Assembly: GCF_009914755.1 (NCBI RefSeq)
Contig: NC_060943.1
Direction: 5' to 3' (one strand)
Length of the DNA stretch: 64,000 bases
Source of the DNA: the human T2T-CHM13v2.0 reference genome, Homo sapiens
Under the pieces are notes generated by a model. That model ran no database searches. It was not told where the DNA came from and saw nothing but the letters and a program-made list of their open reading frames with translations. Positions within the stretch are counted from its first letter, which is position 1; every line of letters begins with the position of its first letter. A program made the position numbers and the translations under genes. Shown one piece after another: positions 22,030-40,042 of the stretch.

Positions 22030-24236
22030 CTAAGGCCTTGTCACATTGAGTTTAGTTGTAAGGCTCTCTCCAGTATGTCTTATTCGATGTTTAGTGAGGC
22101 CTGAGCGACAAATAAAAGATTTCCCACACTCATTACATTTATAAGGTTTTTTGCCAGAATGAATTCTTTGGTGTTTGCTGAGGGAAAACAACCGCCCAAA
22201 GGCTTTGCCACATTCAATACATTTGTATCTTTTCTCTCCAGTGTGGATTCTCTGGTGACTTACAAGATGTGAACTATGCCTGAATACCTTGCCACATTCA
22301 TCACATTTATATGGTTTCTTTCCTGCATGAATTATCTGATGTGCAGTGAGGTTTGAGCTCCGTTTAAAGGTTTTGCCACACTCATTACATTTGTAAGGTC
22401 TGTCTCCAGTATGAACAGTCTGATGAAGTCTAAGATGGACACGCTGACTAAAGGAATTCCCACACTGATTGCATTTGTAAGGTTTCTCTCCGGTATGAAT
22501 TCTCTGATGTCTATTGAGTGTGGAGCCCTGATTAAAGGCTTTGCCACATTCATGACATTTGTATGGTTTCTCTCCAGTATGAACTCTTCGATGCCCTACA
22601 AGATGTGAATACTGACTGTAGACCTTGCCGCATTCATTGCATTTGTAAGGTTTCTCTCCACTATGAATTCTCCGATGCACTGTAAGACGTGAACATTGAC
22701 TGAAGACCTTGCCACATTCTTTGCATTTGTAAGGCTTCTCTCCAGTATGAATTCTCCGATGCCTTGCAAAAGCTGAACGGTCACTGAAGACCTTGCCACA
22801 TTCTTTGCATTTGTAAGGTTTCTCTCCAGTATGAATTCTCCGATGCACTGCAAGACGTGAATGTTGACTGAAGACCTTGCCACATTCATTGCATTTGTAA
22901 GGTTTCTCTCCAGTATGAATTCTCTGATGAGCTGCAAGTCGTGAATGTATGCTGAAAACTTTGCCACATTCATTGCATTTATAAGCTTTCTCGCCGGTAT
23001 GAATTCTCCAATGCACTGCAAGATGTGAATGCTTACTGTACACCTTGCCACATTTATTGCATTTGTAAGTTTTCTGTCCAGTATGAATTCTCTGATGCAC
23101 TGCAAGACTTGAACGTTTACTGAAGACCTTGCCACATTCATTGCATTTGCAAGGTTTCTCTACAGTGTGAATTCGTCGATGCACTGCAAGACTTGAACGT
23201 TTACTGAAGACCTTGCCACATTCATTGCATTTGTATTGTTTCTCTCCACTGTGGATTCTCCGGTGACATACAAGATTTGATCTATGTCTGAATGCCTTGC
23301 CACATACATCACATTTATATGGTTTCTTTCCTGCATGGATTACCTGATGTACAGTGAGGTTTGAGCTCCGTTTAAAGGTTTTGCCACACTCATTACATTT
23401 GAAGGGTCTCTCTCCAGTATGAACTGTCTGATGAAGTCTAAGATGGACACGCTGACTAAAGGATTTCCCACACAGATTACATTTGTAAGGTTTTTCACCG
23501 GTATGAATTCTCTGATGAACTGCAAGGTGGGAACTTTTACTAAAGGACTTGCCACATTCATTACATATGTAGGGTTTCTGTCCAGTGTGACTCCTTTGGT
23601 GTCTTACAAAATATGAATTTTTTCTGAAGATCTTGCCACATACATCACATTGATATGATTTCCCTCTTGTATGGACTACCTTGTGTACAGTTAGTAGTGA
23701 GGCCCGATGAAAGGCTTTGCCACACTCATTGCATTTGTAAGGTTTCTCTGTAGTATGTATCCTCTGATGATTAATAAGGCTGGAAGACGCTTTAAAGGCT
23801 TTGCCACATTCATTACATACATACGTTTTTTCCCTAATGTGTGGAGAAACTAAACAACCATTATTACCTGTCTTCTCCGTTTCATTACATTCATAAAGTC
23901 TCCCTTCAGTTTGAACTTTCTGCAGTTCAGCCAGACGTGACTCAAAGTTTGATGTAAGCTGGTTTTCAATATGATTGTTTTCTACATCCCCTTGACTATG
24001 TTGATCTCTTTTACCAGTAAGATTGTTTTCATGGGGCACTGGCACTTCTTTATCATTTGTTTCACCATCTTTCCATTGAAATTCAAGGTCATGTAGATGT
24101 TTCTGTATTTCCCTGAAGTATAAATTTTCAATATCATAGCTTTGATGTCTTTCCAGTGCCACTGTTTGGAACCTTTCTCCTGTATTACTGTTCTCTGTTG
24201 GTGGTAATTCCTTGATCACACATTTAGGAGAGATAC
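22030..24236 (-). CDS. ZNF616: ZNF616 last coding exon: spacer plus 21 C2H2 zinc fingers
   Basis: Long ORF with 21 CxxC-x12-HxxxH repeats and TGEKPY-type linkers. Acceptor ttttgcAG|GTATCT (AG at 24238/24237) continues phase 1 from the KRAB exon (G+GT=Gly, [12 protein letters not shown]). TAG at 22030-22032. Spliced CDS 12+127+2207=2346 nt = 781 aa, matching ZNF616 as I recall it. Confidence 0.93.
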
Positions 24237-24969
24237 CTGCAAAATATAATGAACATGAGTTTTTTTTTAAACTACTACTATTGATAAACAAACATTTTAT
24301 ATTGGAAACATACCTACACTAAACATAATCTTTATACTAGACAGGTGTGAGAGTTCTCCACCATGATCTTTTATTTTTAGAAATACAAAATGAATAGAAG
24401 TCTATAGTAAAGAAAGGGTGACTACATGTAATTCAAATTAAGTTTAGGAAAGCCTAGTTTCAAACATCCTATGACCAAAAGACTTATGTTGTGCAAACAT
24501 ATATTGGCACTAAAACAAGTATTTTGCAACCAATGACACCAAATTACGAACCGATTGGCAGAAAATGTGGCTCTCTCATAAGAGAATAAAAGTTATATAT
24601 ATTTACTTCATATTTACTGTGTACAAACAAATGCCAAACCACAGCAAGATATAGTGTAATGGTAAATATTCACAAGATAAACTAATTAATAATCATCATA
24701 TAAATTAATAAATAAAACACTCTATTAACCCATGATAAAACCAGCAGGTAAGTAAAATACAATATACAATATACTTAGAATTCCATACTATAAATTTGTA
24801 TATTGCATATACAAGTTTGCATCATATGCAAATACACAAATTTATAGTATGGAATTCTAAACAAATCTCCCTTTATAATAAGCAAGAACATATATTCTAG
24901 AGACAGCATATGATAACTAGAAAATATGTTGAGATCACTGACTTTTAAAGATAAAAGAAAGATAAATAT

Positions 24970-25049
24970 GTCTATGGCCATACCACCTGGAACACAGCTG
25001 ATCTCAGAAGCTAAACAGTGTCAGATCTGGTTACTACTTGGATGGGAGA
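24970..25049 (+). pseudogene. 5S rRNA retro-pseudogene, 3'-truncated, with a 10-nt internal deletion
   Basis: GTCTATGGCCATACCACCTGGAAC...GATCTCAGAAGCTAAACAG...TGGTTACTACTTGGATGGGAGA matches 5S nt 1-90; imperfect TSD AAAGATAAATAT / AAAGGTAAATAC. Confidence 0.9.
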
Positions 25050-26478
25050 AAGGTAAATACACAACATAATACAGAATAAAAAGTGGGGAAGGAAAAATAC
25101 TGACTATGATTTCATGCCTACACCTATGTAACAATCAATAGAGCAACTCCCTATCTATTGTCATTTTTTCTTGAGACAGAGTCTCACTCTGTCACCTAGG
25201 CTGGAGTAAAGTGGCATAATCTTGCCTCACTGCAACCTCCACTCCTAAGACTCAAGCGATCCTCCCACCTCAGCCTCTCAAATGGCTGAGACCAAAGATG
25301 TTCACCACCACGCCCACCTAATTTTTTTGTAGTTTTGGTAGAGACAGAGTTTTCCTATGTTGCTCAGGCTGATCTCGAACTCCTGAGGTCAAGCAACCTG
25401 CCTGCTGCAGCCTCCCAAAGTGCCGGGATTATATACAGGCATGAGTCACCACACCTGGTCCTATTCATTGCCTCTAATTACCTAGTTAACTGGCCACAAA
25501 ATATATATCATCAAGAGATTTCTACTTGAAAAGCATATGAACTAAGATAAAAGACAACAAACACTGTTTGGAAGAAACTACAAAATGAAAACTTACAGAT
25601 ACAATGAAGGCTGCTTTGATATAAAGACTTAATGTCTGCCAAAATTCCTATGTTGAGGACCCAATCCTCAATGTGATAGTATTTGGAGGTGTGGTCTTTG
25701 GGAGGCAATTCGGTCCTCTGCCATGTCAGGACACAGAAAGAGAAAGCCATGGTAAACCGGAAAAAGGGCCCATGCCATGCCAAGAACCAAAATGGCTGGT
25801 TCTGACATGTTAGACTTCTCACCACCCAGATCTGTGAAAAGGGAATTTCTGTTGTTTCAACCACCCAATCTACAATATCTACTATAGGTAGCCATGCTGA
25901 CTAGGGTAAAGCCAATATGCTATCTCATTATAAACATAAAACAATGTTGATATGCTTTATTTAACAAAGAAATCTGTGAGTCTTTACTAAAAAACAATAT
26001 TCTAGACTAGCTAACAGCACTAACTTGTTTAAAAAGTCTTGAGGTAAATTACCACTATTTAACACACAAGCAGTTAGTATGCCCACGGGATTCATGTATC
26101 TACATCCAATTTACAAAGAAAGTAAGATATGCACCTACGTTTGCAGGATCAAACATTATGTTTTTTTCAAAAACTGCCCAAGCAGGTACTGCAGGTAACA
26201 GGTCACCCCAAATACTAAGAGTGTATAAAGAAATACTTCAAGAGCCATGCTGTGTTGCCAAAAGCATTATTCAGCCATCCCCATGAATAACAGTATCTGA
26301 GTCATCATTCCCTGCACATAATGATTTAGACAGTGTTCTCAGAAAGTGATCAGGCCAAGGCAGGTGGATCACAAGGTCAGGAGTTCAAGACCAGCCCGGC
26401 CAAGATGATGAAACCCCACCTCTACTAAAAATACAAAAATTAGCTGGGTGTGGGGGCAGGTGTCTGTAATCCCAGCTA

Positions 26479-26646
<168 letters not shown>

Positions 26647-27199
26647 TTACAGAGTGAGAGTAGTGTGGGAGATGAAGGAGTTATGCAATAATGGGAGTGT
26701 AAAACTTATATGCTAGTAAGTAGCCAGGTATTCCGTCTGGAACAAAGTACTATTTTAGGAAAGGCCAGGGAAGAGAAAAGGCAAGAGGAAAGGGCAAGGA
26801 GTAATGTGCATGGGGCAGCAGGGTTTGTGCTTGCAGAGCTGTAGGTATATAATTTCACCAGGAACAGTTAAAATCCTGACTTTGGACAAAAAAAGAAACT
26901 AATTTAGAAGTAGCATTATACTGGCCAATATTTAAATACGTGAATTATACTATGGGCACAGGACAAGGGAAAACAGTTAAAAAGGAGGCAGTGTGAGGAT
27001 ATGGGAAGAAAGCAGACTTATGTCTTTATAATATATGCTATGAATTTTATCAAATTGAATGTCCCATGAGTTATATTTCCAGGCATATGCTCAACAACCC
27101 TACATATCAAGAGATATGCGAAAAAATGTTCCTACAATATAATCCTGAAGAAAAAATTTGATAACAGCCATGAAGAGGAGATGGATGAATTTATTTTGT

Positions 27200-30490
<3,291 letters not shown>

Positions 30491-30521
30491 AATATAAGCT
30501 TTGGCCGGGCGTGGTGGCTCA

Positions 30522-31390
<869 letters not shown>

Positions 31391-31908
31391 TTATTGGTCC
31401 CTAATTTTAGTTTGTTATAAAATACAATAGGAGACTATTATATTCTCTACATCAGTGTATAGTTCTATTTTTGTGGACAATACAAGAAATACACAAATAA
31501 GAAAAACACATGGTTATCCCTTAAAAAGTGTTAGATATTATGCTCCATACATCAACTGTGTCTAGGTGAGCTAGTATATGAGTGGTGTTTTCAGAGATGA
31601 CAATGTCTACAGCGGCTTTAAAGGTCAGAAACTAAAAACTGTGATGACCAGAGCAACAGCAATGACTGAAGTTTTGGAACACTCCCCACGTGCTGGGCAT
31701 TATTCCAAATGCTTTACATGTTCTAATTCAAATAACAACATGATAGCCTATGAGAGAGAGACTTGTTCCATGTTACTGTGTCACAGACACGCTAACAAAC
31801 TTGCCTAGGTCAACAACCTGAAAATGGCAGAGCAAGCATCTGAACCCAGATGTCTGAGAATTAGAGTTGAATCAAAACAATCAAACAGTTACATTATGGT
31901 TACAGAAT

Positions 31909-32960
31909 ATCCTAGTCTGTCTGTGCTGCTATAACCAAATAAGACAGACTGGGTAATTTATGAACAATAAAAATATATTTCTCATAATTCTGCAGGCTGG
32001 GAAATCCAAGATCAAGGTGCCAGAAGGACTGATGTCTGCTGAGGGATGATCCCTGCTTCCAAGATGGTGTCTTGTTGCATTTTCTGGAGGGGAGGAATGC
32101 TGTGTCCCCACGTGGCAGAAGGAACAGAAGGGCCAAAAAGCAGTGAACTCCGTAGGATAAGCGTTTTGATATCTCACTGACCAGAACACCATATCCCATT
32201 GATAAGGGCAGACCCCTCAGGATCCAATCACCTACTAAAACCCAAACCTCATAATACTTGGAGATTGGGCATTGGAGATTAAGTTTCAAATGAATTGTGG
32301 AGGAGAGAAAAACACTCAGACCACAGCATTCCATCTTGCCCCACCAAAATTCATGTACTCCTCACATATAAAATGCATTCCATCCCAATGGCCCCCCAAA
32401 GTCTTAACTTTTTCTACTACCAATTCAAAAGTCTATAGTCTACAGCTGCATCTAACTATAATCTAAATCAGATATGGGTGAGACTCAAAAATGTGTTTCA
32501 TCCTGAGGCAAACTGCTCTCCAGCTGTGAACGTGTGAAATCAAACGACTTAAGTGCTTCCAACATCCAACGGTGGCGTAGACACAGGCTAAATATTTCAA
32601 CTCCAAAATGCAGAAACAGGAAAGAAGAGGTAGCCACTCCCATGTTAAGTCTGAAACTCAAATAGGGCACACATATTAAATCTTAAGGCTTGACAATAAT
32701 CTTCTTTGACTCTATGTCCCACCTTCTAGACATCCTGGAGTAGGAGTTAGGTCCCCAGTGTCCTGGGGATCCCTGCCCCATTAGTTTTGTTGGGATCACC
32801 CACATGGAACTTCTCACAGGCTGTGGTTTCCCGAGCTGGGATCACATACTGGTGACTCTACAGTTCTGGGGTCTCAGGCGTGGTCCTGCTTCCAGGGCTC
32901 CCCTTGACCTTGCCCTAATAAGCACTCTCTAAGGTGTCCCTGCCTCCATGGCTAGGCTGA
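31909..32960 (-). mobile_element. MST/MLT1A-type LTR plus adjacent MaLR internal sequence
   Basis: GCTGCTATAACCAAATAAGACAGACTGGGTAATTTAT...CAGACCACAGCA followed by MaLR-int-like TTCCATC...CAAAATTCATGT. Confidence 0.7.
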
Positions 32961-34246
32961 GAATTGCCTTAGTGGTGACCTCCTGTGGTAGCACTGAAAG
33001 GAACAGGATGAAAGGTTAGGGGCCACTGAGCAAAAAGATAACTGACGTAAACCGGTGTCTGCAATAACACAGAAAGACATGAGGGTGAAGATCTAGTACC
33101 ACAGATATCTGCAGTACCAGAGTCTATCCACAATAGTACAGAAAATAGGGGAGCTTCTGAGTAGAAAGCAGCAAACCTCTTCAATAGGGAGATGACAAGC
33201 AAAGGCCCAGAGAAAAAGCATGGGAAGTCTCCAGAATCTAGGGTAGTTGATTGGAATGTCCTCCCTGAACAAAGCAGCCACCAAATCTGGGCAGGCAGCT
33301 GATTTTTTCAAATGCTGAAGTCACAAAAGAAGACAATAAAACATACAAAGAAACAGGGAAATACGGTCTACAAAAAGAAACCAACTGAATCTGTACAAAC
33401 CTACATGAAAGAAATGGCAATTTACATCTTGGCTTTGAAGAATTAAAAAGAAATGTGGGCCGGGCATGATTGCTCACAACTGTAATCCCAGGACTTTCAG
33501 AACGCCAGGCAGGAAGATCACTTCAGAGCAGGAATTCGAGACCAGCCTGGCCAACATTATGAAACCCCATCTCTACTAAAAATACAAAAATTAGCCAGGC
33601 ATGGTGGCACATGCCTGTAATCTGAGGCTGAGGCATGAGAATTGCTTGAACAGGAGGCAGAGGTTGCAGTGAGCTGAGATCCCACCCCTGCACTCCAGCC
33701 TCGGCAATAGAGTGTGACTCTGTCTCCAAAAATAAAGAAAATGCGAAGGTAGGCAGATCACCTGAGGTCAGGAGTTTAAGACCAGCCTGGCCAACACGGT
33801 GAAACCCCGTCTCTACTAAAAATACAAAAATTAGCCAGGTGTGGTGGCACGTGCCTGTAGTCCCAGCTACTCAGGGAGACTGAGGCAGGACAATTGCCCG
33901 AACCCAGGAGGCAGAGGTTGCAGTGAGTCGAGATCATGCCACTGCACTCCAGCCTGGGCGACAGAGCGAGACTCCATCTCAAAAAATAAATAATAAATAA
34001 TTAAATAAAATAAAGAAAATGAAGAGAGTCTAATGGGCCCATGAAAAACCATCAAGCACCAAGAACATATGCATTCTGGGAGTCCAACAAATAATGTGAA
34101 TATATCTAACATTACTGAACTTTACATAAGCAAACAAGCTTTAATGAAAGACATAATAAAGATATTATCAAAGACTGACAAACTCGATTCTTTTTGGAAG
34201 ACATGGTGACATAAAGGCCTGCAACTGAAAAAATTCAGAGCCATGA

Positions 34247-34579
<333 letters not shown>

Positions 34580-35671
34580 TAAATAATATGTGGCTGTGTT
34601 GTGTAAAAGGAGAACCATAATAATTTTGGAAAGAAAATGGAGGGGTTTGCCAATCTACTTGTGAACCTATTATGTTATTTATAATCTAAAACTTTATAAT
34701 CAAATATAATCTACAACAAGATATACAGAAAAATTCAAATTAAAGATTCAAGCAAATAAAATGTAAGCAACAAAATATTAGATCTTAAAAAAACACAGTA
34801 TTTTATAATCACACAGCGAGCCAGGCCTTCCAAAGAAAGATCAGTTATTTATTTTTGCTTTTGTGGTATAGCGTCCTAACAGAAGCAACCACTCTTTAAA
34901 CTGTCCAACCTGAAGGAACCCTCAAACACCTGTGGTGAAGAGAGCATTGTGGCAGCCATGGTGAAAAATTATAAAAGATCCATATGTCTTCATTTAGAGA
35001 TTGTTCCAAAGAGGATGCAAAACAAGCTATTACTGCTTATTAACAAAAAAAGATGTATCTTTGAAAAACTGGCACAATGAAATTTCACAACAGAACATGT
35101 ACTGAAGAATTGTTTTCTAAAATCTCATAATGACACGTAAATGCATCTTGACACCTCTCACTGACTCTTGCCACAGAACTTACAACTGTAGCTCCCCACG
35201 GAAACATGAGGGATGATGGAGAAAGTGACAGGGAAAAGAAACCCGGGTTCCTCCAGGTTGGGTAACTGAAAGAGTGATTGCCTCTTTAGGATGGTGCATT
35301 TCCTATTTTCCTGGATCTGGCAAGATTTCCCACTACCCTAAGGTGCAATGGTGTCCTCATACACCAACGACACATATTGGGTGGATTTCCCACCCAATAA
35401 AAAAAAAAAAAAAAAACTTACTACTATGTTCTGTTTACATTTTGAGGCTATGGGGAAAATGAAAACCCTTCGTATTTCCATTTTCCAATTCCTTGGACTG
35501 TGAGGAGGTTTCATTATTTTGTGGAAATCAAACCAAAATAATTTTCATTCTTTGCTCAGTTTTCCTTTACTGCATTCTAGGAGCCATTTCATATTCTGTA
35601 GTTAAATTTTTAAAATATATATGCCTTGATGTCCTTTTCTTAGGTTATAAATTTCTTTCTGTGTAAAACTA

Positions 35672-36046
<375 letters not shown>

Positions 36047-37711
36047 TTATGGTATGGATAGTAAAAAAAAAAGTCATTAGAGTTTAACAAATTAACACAC
36101 CCATCATCTCACAGTTACTTTTTTTTTTTTTCCCTCTGTTTTGGCCAGAACAGCTAAAATCTCATTTAGCATGAATTTCATATATAATAAAACATTATTT
36201 ACAGGCTGGGTGTGGTGGTTCACACTGTAATCCCAGCACTTTGGGAGGCTGAGGCAGGCGGATCATCTGAGATCAGGAGTTCGAGACCAGCCTGGCCAAC
36301 ATGATGAAACCCCCCACCATCTCCACTAAAAATACAAAAATGAGCCAGGCGTGGTGGTGCACGCCTGTAATCCCAGCTATTGGGAGGCTGAGGCAAGAGA
36401 AAATCGGTTGAACCCGGGAGACAGAGGTTGCAGTGAGTCGAGATCACGCCATTGTAGTCCGGCCTGGGTGACAAGAGCGAGACTCCGTACAAAACAAAAA
36501 GCAAAAAACAAAACAAAATTATTTCCTATCATCCTCGTGTTGTATTAACTTCTTAATGCCTAAACTGCATCTCTGCTTGAAATTTTACCAAAAAAACAAA
36601 TATATACATCATGTGATGTTTAAAATAAATATAATATTTAATAATAATTGGTGCAGTGAGAGAATTTGGCTCCATCTTCTCTGATAACAAATGTTCAGCT
36701 CTTACATCTGAGCAAAATTATAACCTTAAAACTTAAAACAACTGCTGGTAAGAGTCCCCGCAGGAACACCGCAGTCTCTGTGAGATGGATATTCTGACCA
36801 TGGCTAGAATCTGACATTCAGGTTGATTTCATATTTTTAAATCAATGATGGAATAAAACACGCTCTAATGTCTGTATCTAGTTTTCCATTCAATTCCCTG
36901 TCATTAAGGCAGTTAGAAATAGTGACTCATTCATACAGCTTCAAATGTAGTATAAAATCAGGCAGAAAGATCTCCCCTTACACGCCTCCTTTTCCATATT
37001 TTTTTTTTTTTGAGGATGAAGTCTTGCTCTGTCACCCAGGCTGGGGTGCAGTGGCACCATCTTGGCTCACTGCAACCTCCACCTCCGGGTTCAAGCTATT
37101 CTCCCGCCTCAGCCTCCTGAGTAGCTGGGATTACAGGCCCCTGCCACCATGACTGGCTAATTTTTGTATTTTCAGTAAAGACGAGGTTTCACCATGTTGG
37201 CTCAAACTCCTGAGCTCAAGTGATCCGCCCACCTCAGCCTCCTAAAGTGCTGAGATTACAGGCATGAGACACGGCGCCTGGCCCCTTTCGATAATTTACT
37301 AGGTATTTATGCACATTAATATGTGACTTCCACATGCAGCTTCTCTATTCCTGGTCTACAGAAAGCTGACAGTGCATCCAGATGTGGCCCCTAAACAATC
37401 CCTGCTGCCCAACAGCTCTGATACCACGGGACCCTCACCCCATCTCCATCCATGTCTGGGTGTGAGCCCTTCCCAGGACCATGCCCAGTGCAGCCTCTTC
37501 CCAAGTTCATGTCACTGGATCATGGTGAGATGGAATCTAAATAAGATGAGAGGAACTGAGGAAAAGCATGGATGAGCATGAGCAAATGTGTCAGGAAGGA
37601 CACTTCAGACTCAGAGAAGATTTGCAACTCCGACGCCCTGTACTTCACAAAGGAAGGAGACAGAATGACCCACCAAGAATATCACTTCACTTGAGTAAAG
37701 TATCACTCTAC

Positions 37712-37723
37712 CTGAGTAGCCAT
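37712..37723 (-). CDS. ZNF616: First coding segment MATQ at the 3' end of exon 2
   Basis: gtgATGGCTACTCAG|GTAGAG; phase 0, joins KRAB-A in frame. Typical MAxxQ start exon of this cluster. Confidence 0.88.
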
Positions 37724-37799
37724 CACTGACTCCTTTTCCTTCCTCTTCTTCCTCTTCTGGGTTTCTTTCTCAGTCAATGTAATTATTCACACATCAAAC
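37712..37799 (-). other. ZNF616: ZNF616 exon 2 (88 nt, mostly 5'UTR)
   Basis: Acceptor ttttttaactttcAG|GTTTG at 37801/37800; purine-rich body; donor at 37711. Confidence 0.82.
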
Positions 37800-38357
37800 C
37801 TGAAAGTTAAAAAATCTGTTGTTTAATGCTTGGAAACAACACATTCCTTTCTGTGTCACAACCATGCACACAGGGAAGAACTCAGCCTGTGGAGAGACAG
37901 CCCACTGCACCAGGGGGGATGCAAGAATAATAAATTCCTACACAAAGACCAAGTGAATCTTTCACCGTTTTCTTCAGCATTAGCTCCCCTCTGGGAGAAG
38001 CCCACACACAGGCTGCAGCAGTGTGTAGCTAGGCTGGACTGAGCTCCCATTCAGGGCACGGACCTATCCCTGATCAAACCCCATGCAGCGCACAGCCCCC
38101 CGTCACCTCTGTGGGTCACAGGCTGAGCTCTGCCCTCGGAAATGGGGGACACAGAGGCTGGAAGCTCAATGCTGGATACAAATGAGAATCAACTTGGGGC
38201 TGGGAGCGGTGGCTCATGCCTGTAATCCCAGCACTTTGGGAGGTCGAGGCGGGTGGATACCTGAGGTCAGGAATTCGAGACCAGCCTGGCCAACATGGTG
38301 AAACACCCTCTCTACCAAAAACACAAAAATTAGCCAGGCATGGTGGCACACCCCTTA

Positions 38358-38501
<144 letters not shown>

Positions 38502-39625
38502 TCAACTTGGGTACCTAAAACATTACGGAGGCTGGGCCCCACCCTAACTACTGGAAGGAGAATCTCTATAAGGGGGAATGAACCATGTGTTACAAATGCC
38601 TTGGCACTCTAGTGTGAAGCGAGGGTTGAGTAGTCTCAAAGGGGGCAAGACTACCACAGCCCCAGTCTCCCAGCTCTGACCTCCCCTTGGGGCCTTGCTG
38701 TCACCAGTCTGTAGAAAGTGGAAGGCAAAGGGCCAGAAAGAAACACACAGAGCAGAAAATATGGACCTGCCTTTATTGGCTTTTATTTGCAATCCTAGAA
38801 TCAGACAACACCTCATTCTTAAAATGAAAGGAGTGTTCTGTGAGCTAAGGGGAGGAGGTTGGCTTCATAAGCTGAAAGGGGCTGAATGGAGCAAAATCAG
38901 GAAACTAAAAGCATGTTGGTTGTTTCAAAGTTACTTTTCTTTGGGTTGCCATTTTCCCCAGATCCTCAAAATGTAAAAACAACATAGTAGTAAGTTTTGT
39001 TTAAATGAGTGGGAAGTCTCATGTGATGCTGGTGGGAGAGGGCACCTTTGCAGCTCGGGATGGGGGAAATCTTGCCAGATTACCTGCAACTGAGGGGCCA
39101 GAGAGTTCTAGGCACAGGGACAGCCCAGGTAGACACCCTCGGCTCCAGGAATAGGAAAGAGGCCTGTGTGGCTGGAGCAGAGGGAGTGAGGAGGACACAG
39201 GTAGGAAATGAGGTCAGAGAGGTCCCGAGGCAGCAGATCAGGTAGGGACGAGGTCTTCAAACATTTTTCTCCCACAGCTCACAGCACTTTTAGAAACTAT
39301 GCATTTCCCTACCATTTTAGGTAAATGTAACTTTTCTTTATCATTTGAATTAAAACCCTTCTATATAATGTCATATCTTCTCTATTTCAAATATATCCTG
39401 ACATGTAAAGCTAGAGCCAGGAAGTATAGGGCCACCGTCATCTGAGATGTGCAGGAGCGCAGGGGAATGTACTTAGGGAGTTTAGGAAGTCACTTTAGAC
39501 ACATAAAGGTGGAGACGTCTCTTAGACGGCTGAACAGACAACAGAGGAGACAACAGGACACAGAATTCTAGAGTTCAGGGGACAGGCCTGCAGGGGACAT
39601 GGAGACGTGTAGGTGAGTAGGTGGG

Positions 39626-40042
39626 TGATATGGATCAGCTCTGTGTCCCTGGCCCAAATCTCACACTGAATTGTAATCCCCACCGTTACTGGTGGGGCCT
39701 GGTGGGAGGTGGATGGATCATGGGGGTGGATTTGTGATGAATGGTTTCGCACCACCCCTTGGTGCTGTTCTTTATCACAGTGAGTTCTCACGACATCTGG
39801 TTGTTTAGAAGTGTGTAGCGCCTCCCCCCTCACTCTCTCTTGCTCCTGCTCCCGCCACGTGAGACGCCTGTTCCTACTTCGCCTGCTACCATGTTTGGAA
39901 TCTTCCTACAGGCTCCCCAGAAGCAGATGTTGCCATGCTTCCTGTGCAGCCTGCAGAACTGTGAGCCAATTAAACCTGTTTTCTTTATAAATTACTCGGT
40001 CTCTGGAATTTTGTTGTAGCAATTCCAGAATGGACTAATACA
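39626..40042 (+). mobile_element. MSTA/B solo LTR inserted in an L2-like remnant
   Basis: TGATATGG...GACTAATACA termini, perfect 5-bp TSD GTGGG, internal ATTAAA. Confidence 0.88.

Noticed and set aside
22596-23141. 181-aa alternative-frame ORF ([11 protein letters not shown]...) and antisense ORFs over the finger exons
   Set aside because: Routine by-product of the 84-nt finger periodicity; no independent support.
22030-23830. Regular 84-bp repeat as a CRISPR-like or novel array
   Set aside because: Coding C2H2 finger repeats in eukaryotic DNA; no repeat-spacer structure or cas genes.
24237-24291. N-terminus [10 protein letters not shown] of the 753-aa ORF
   Set aside because: Intronic read-through upstream of the splice acceptor.
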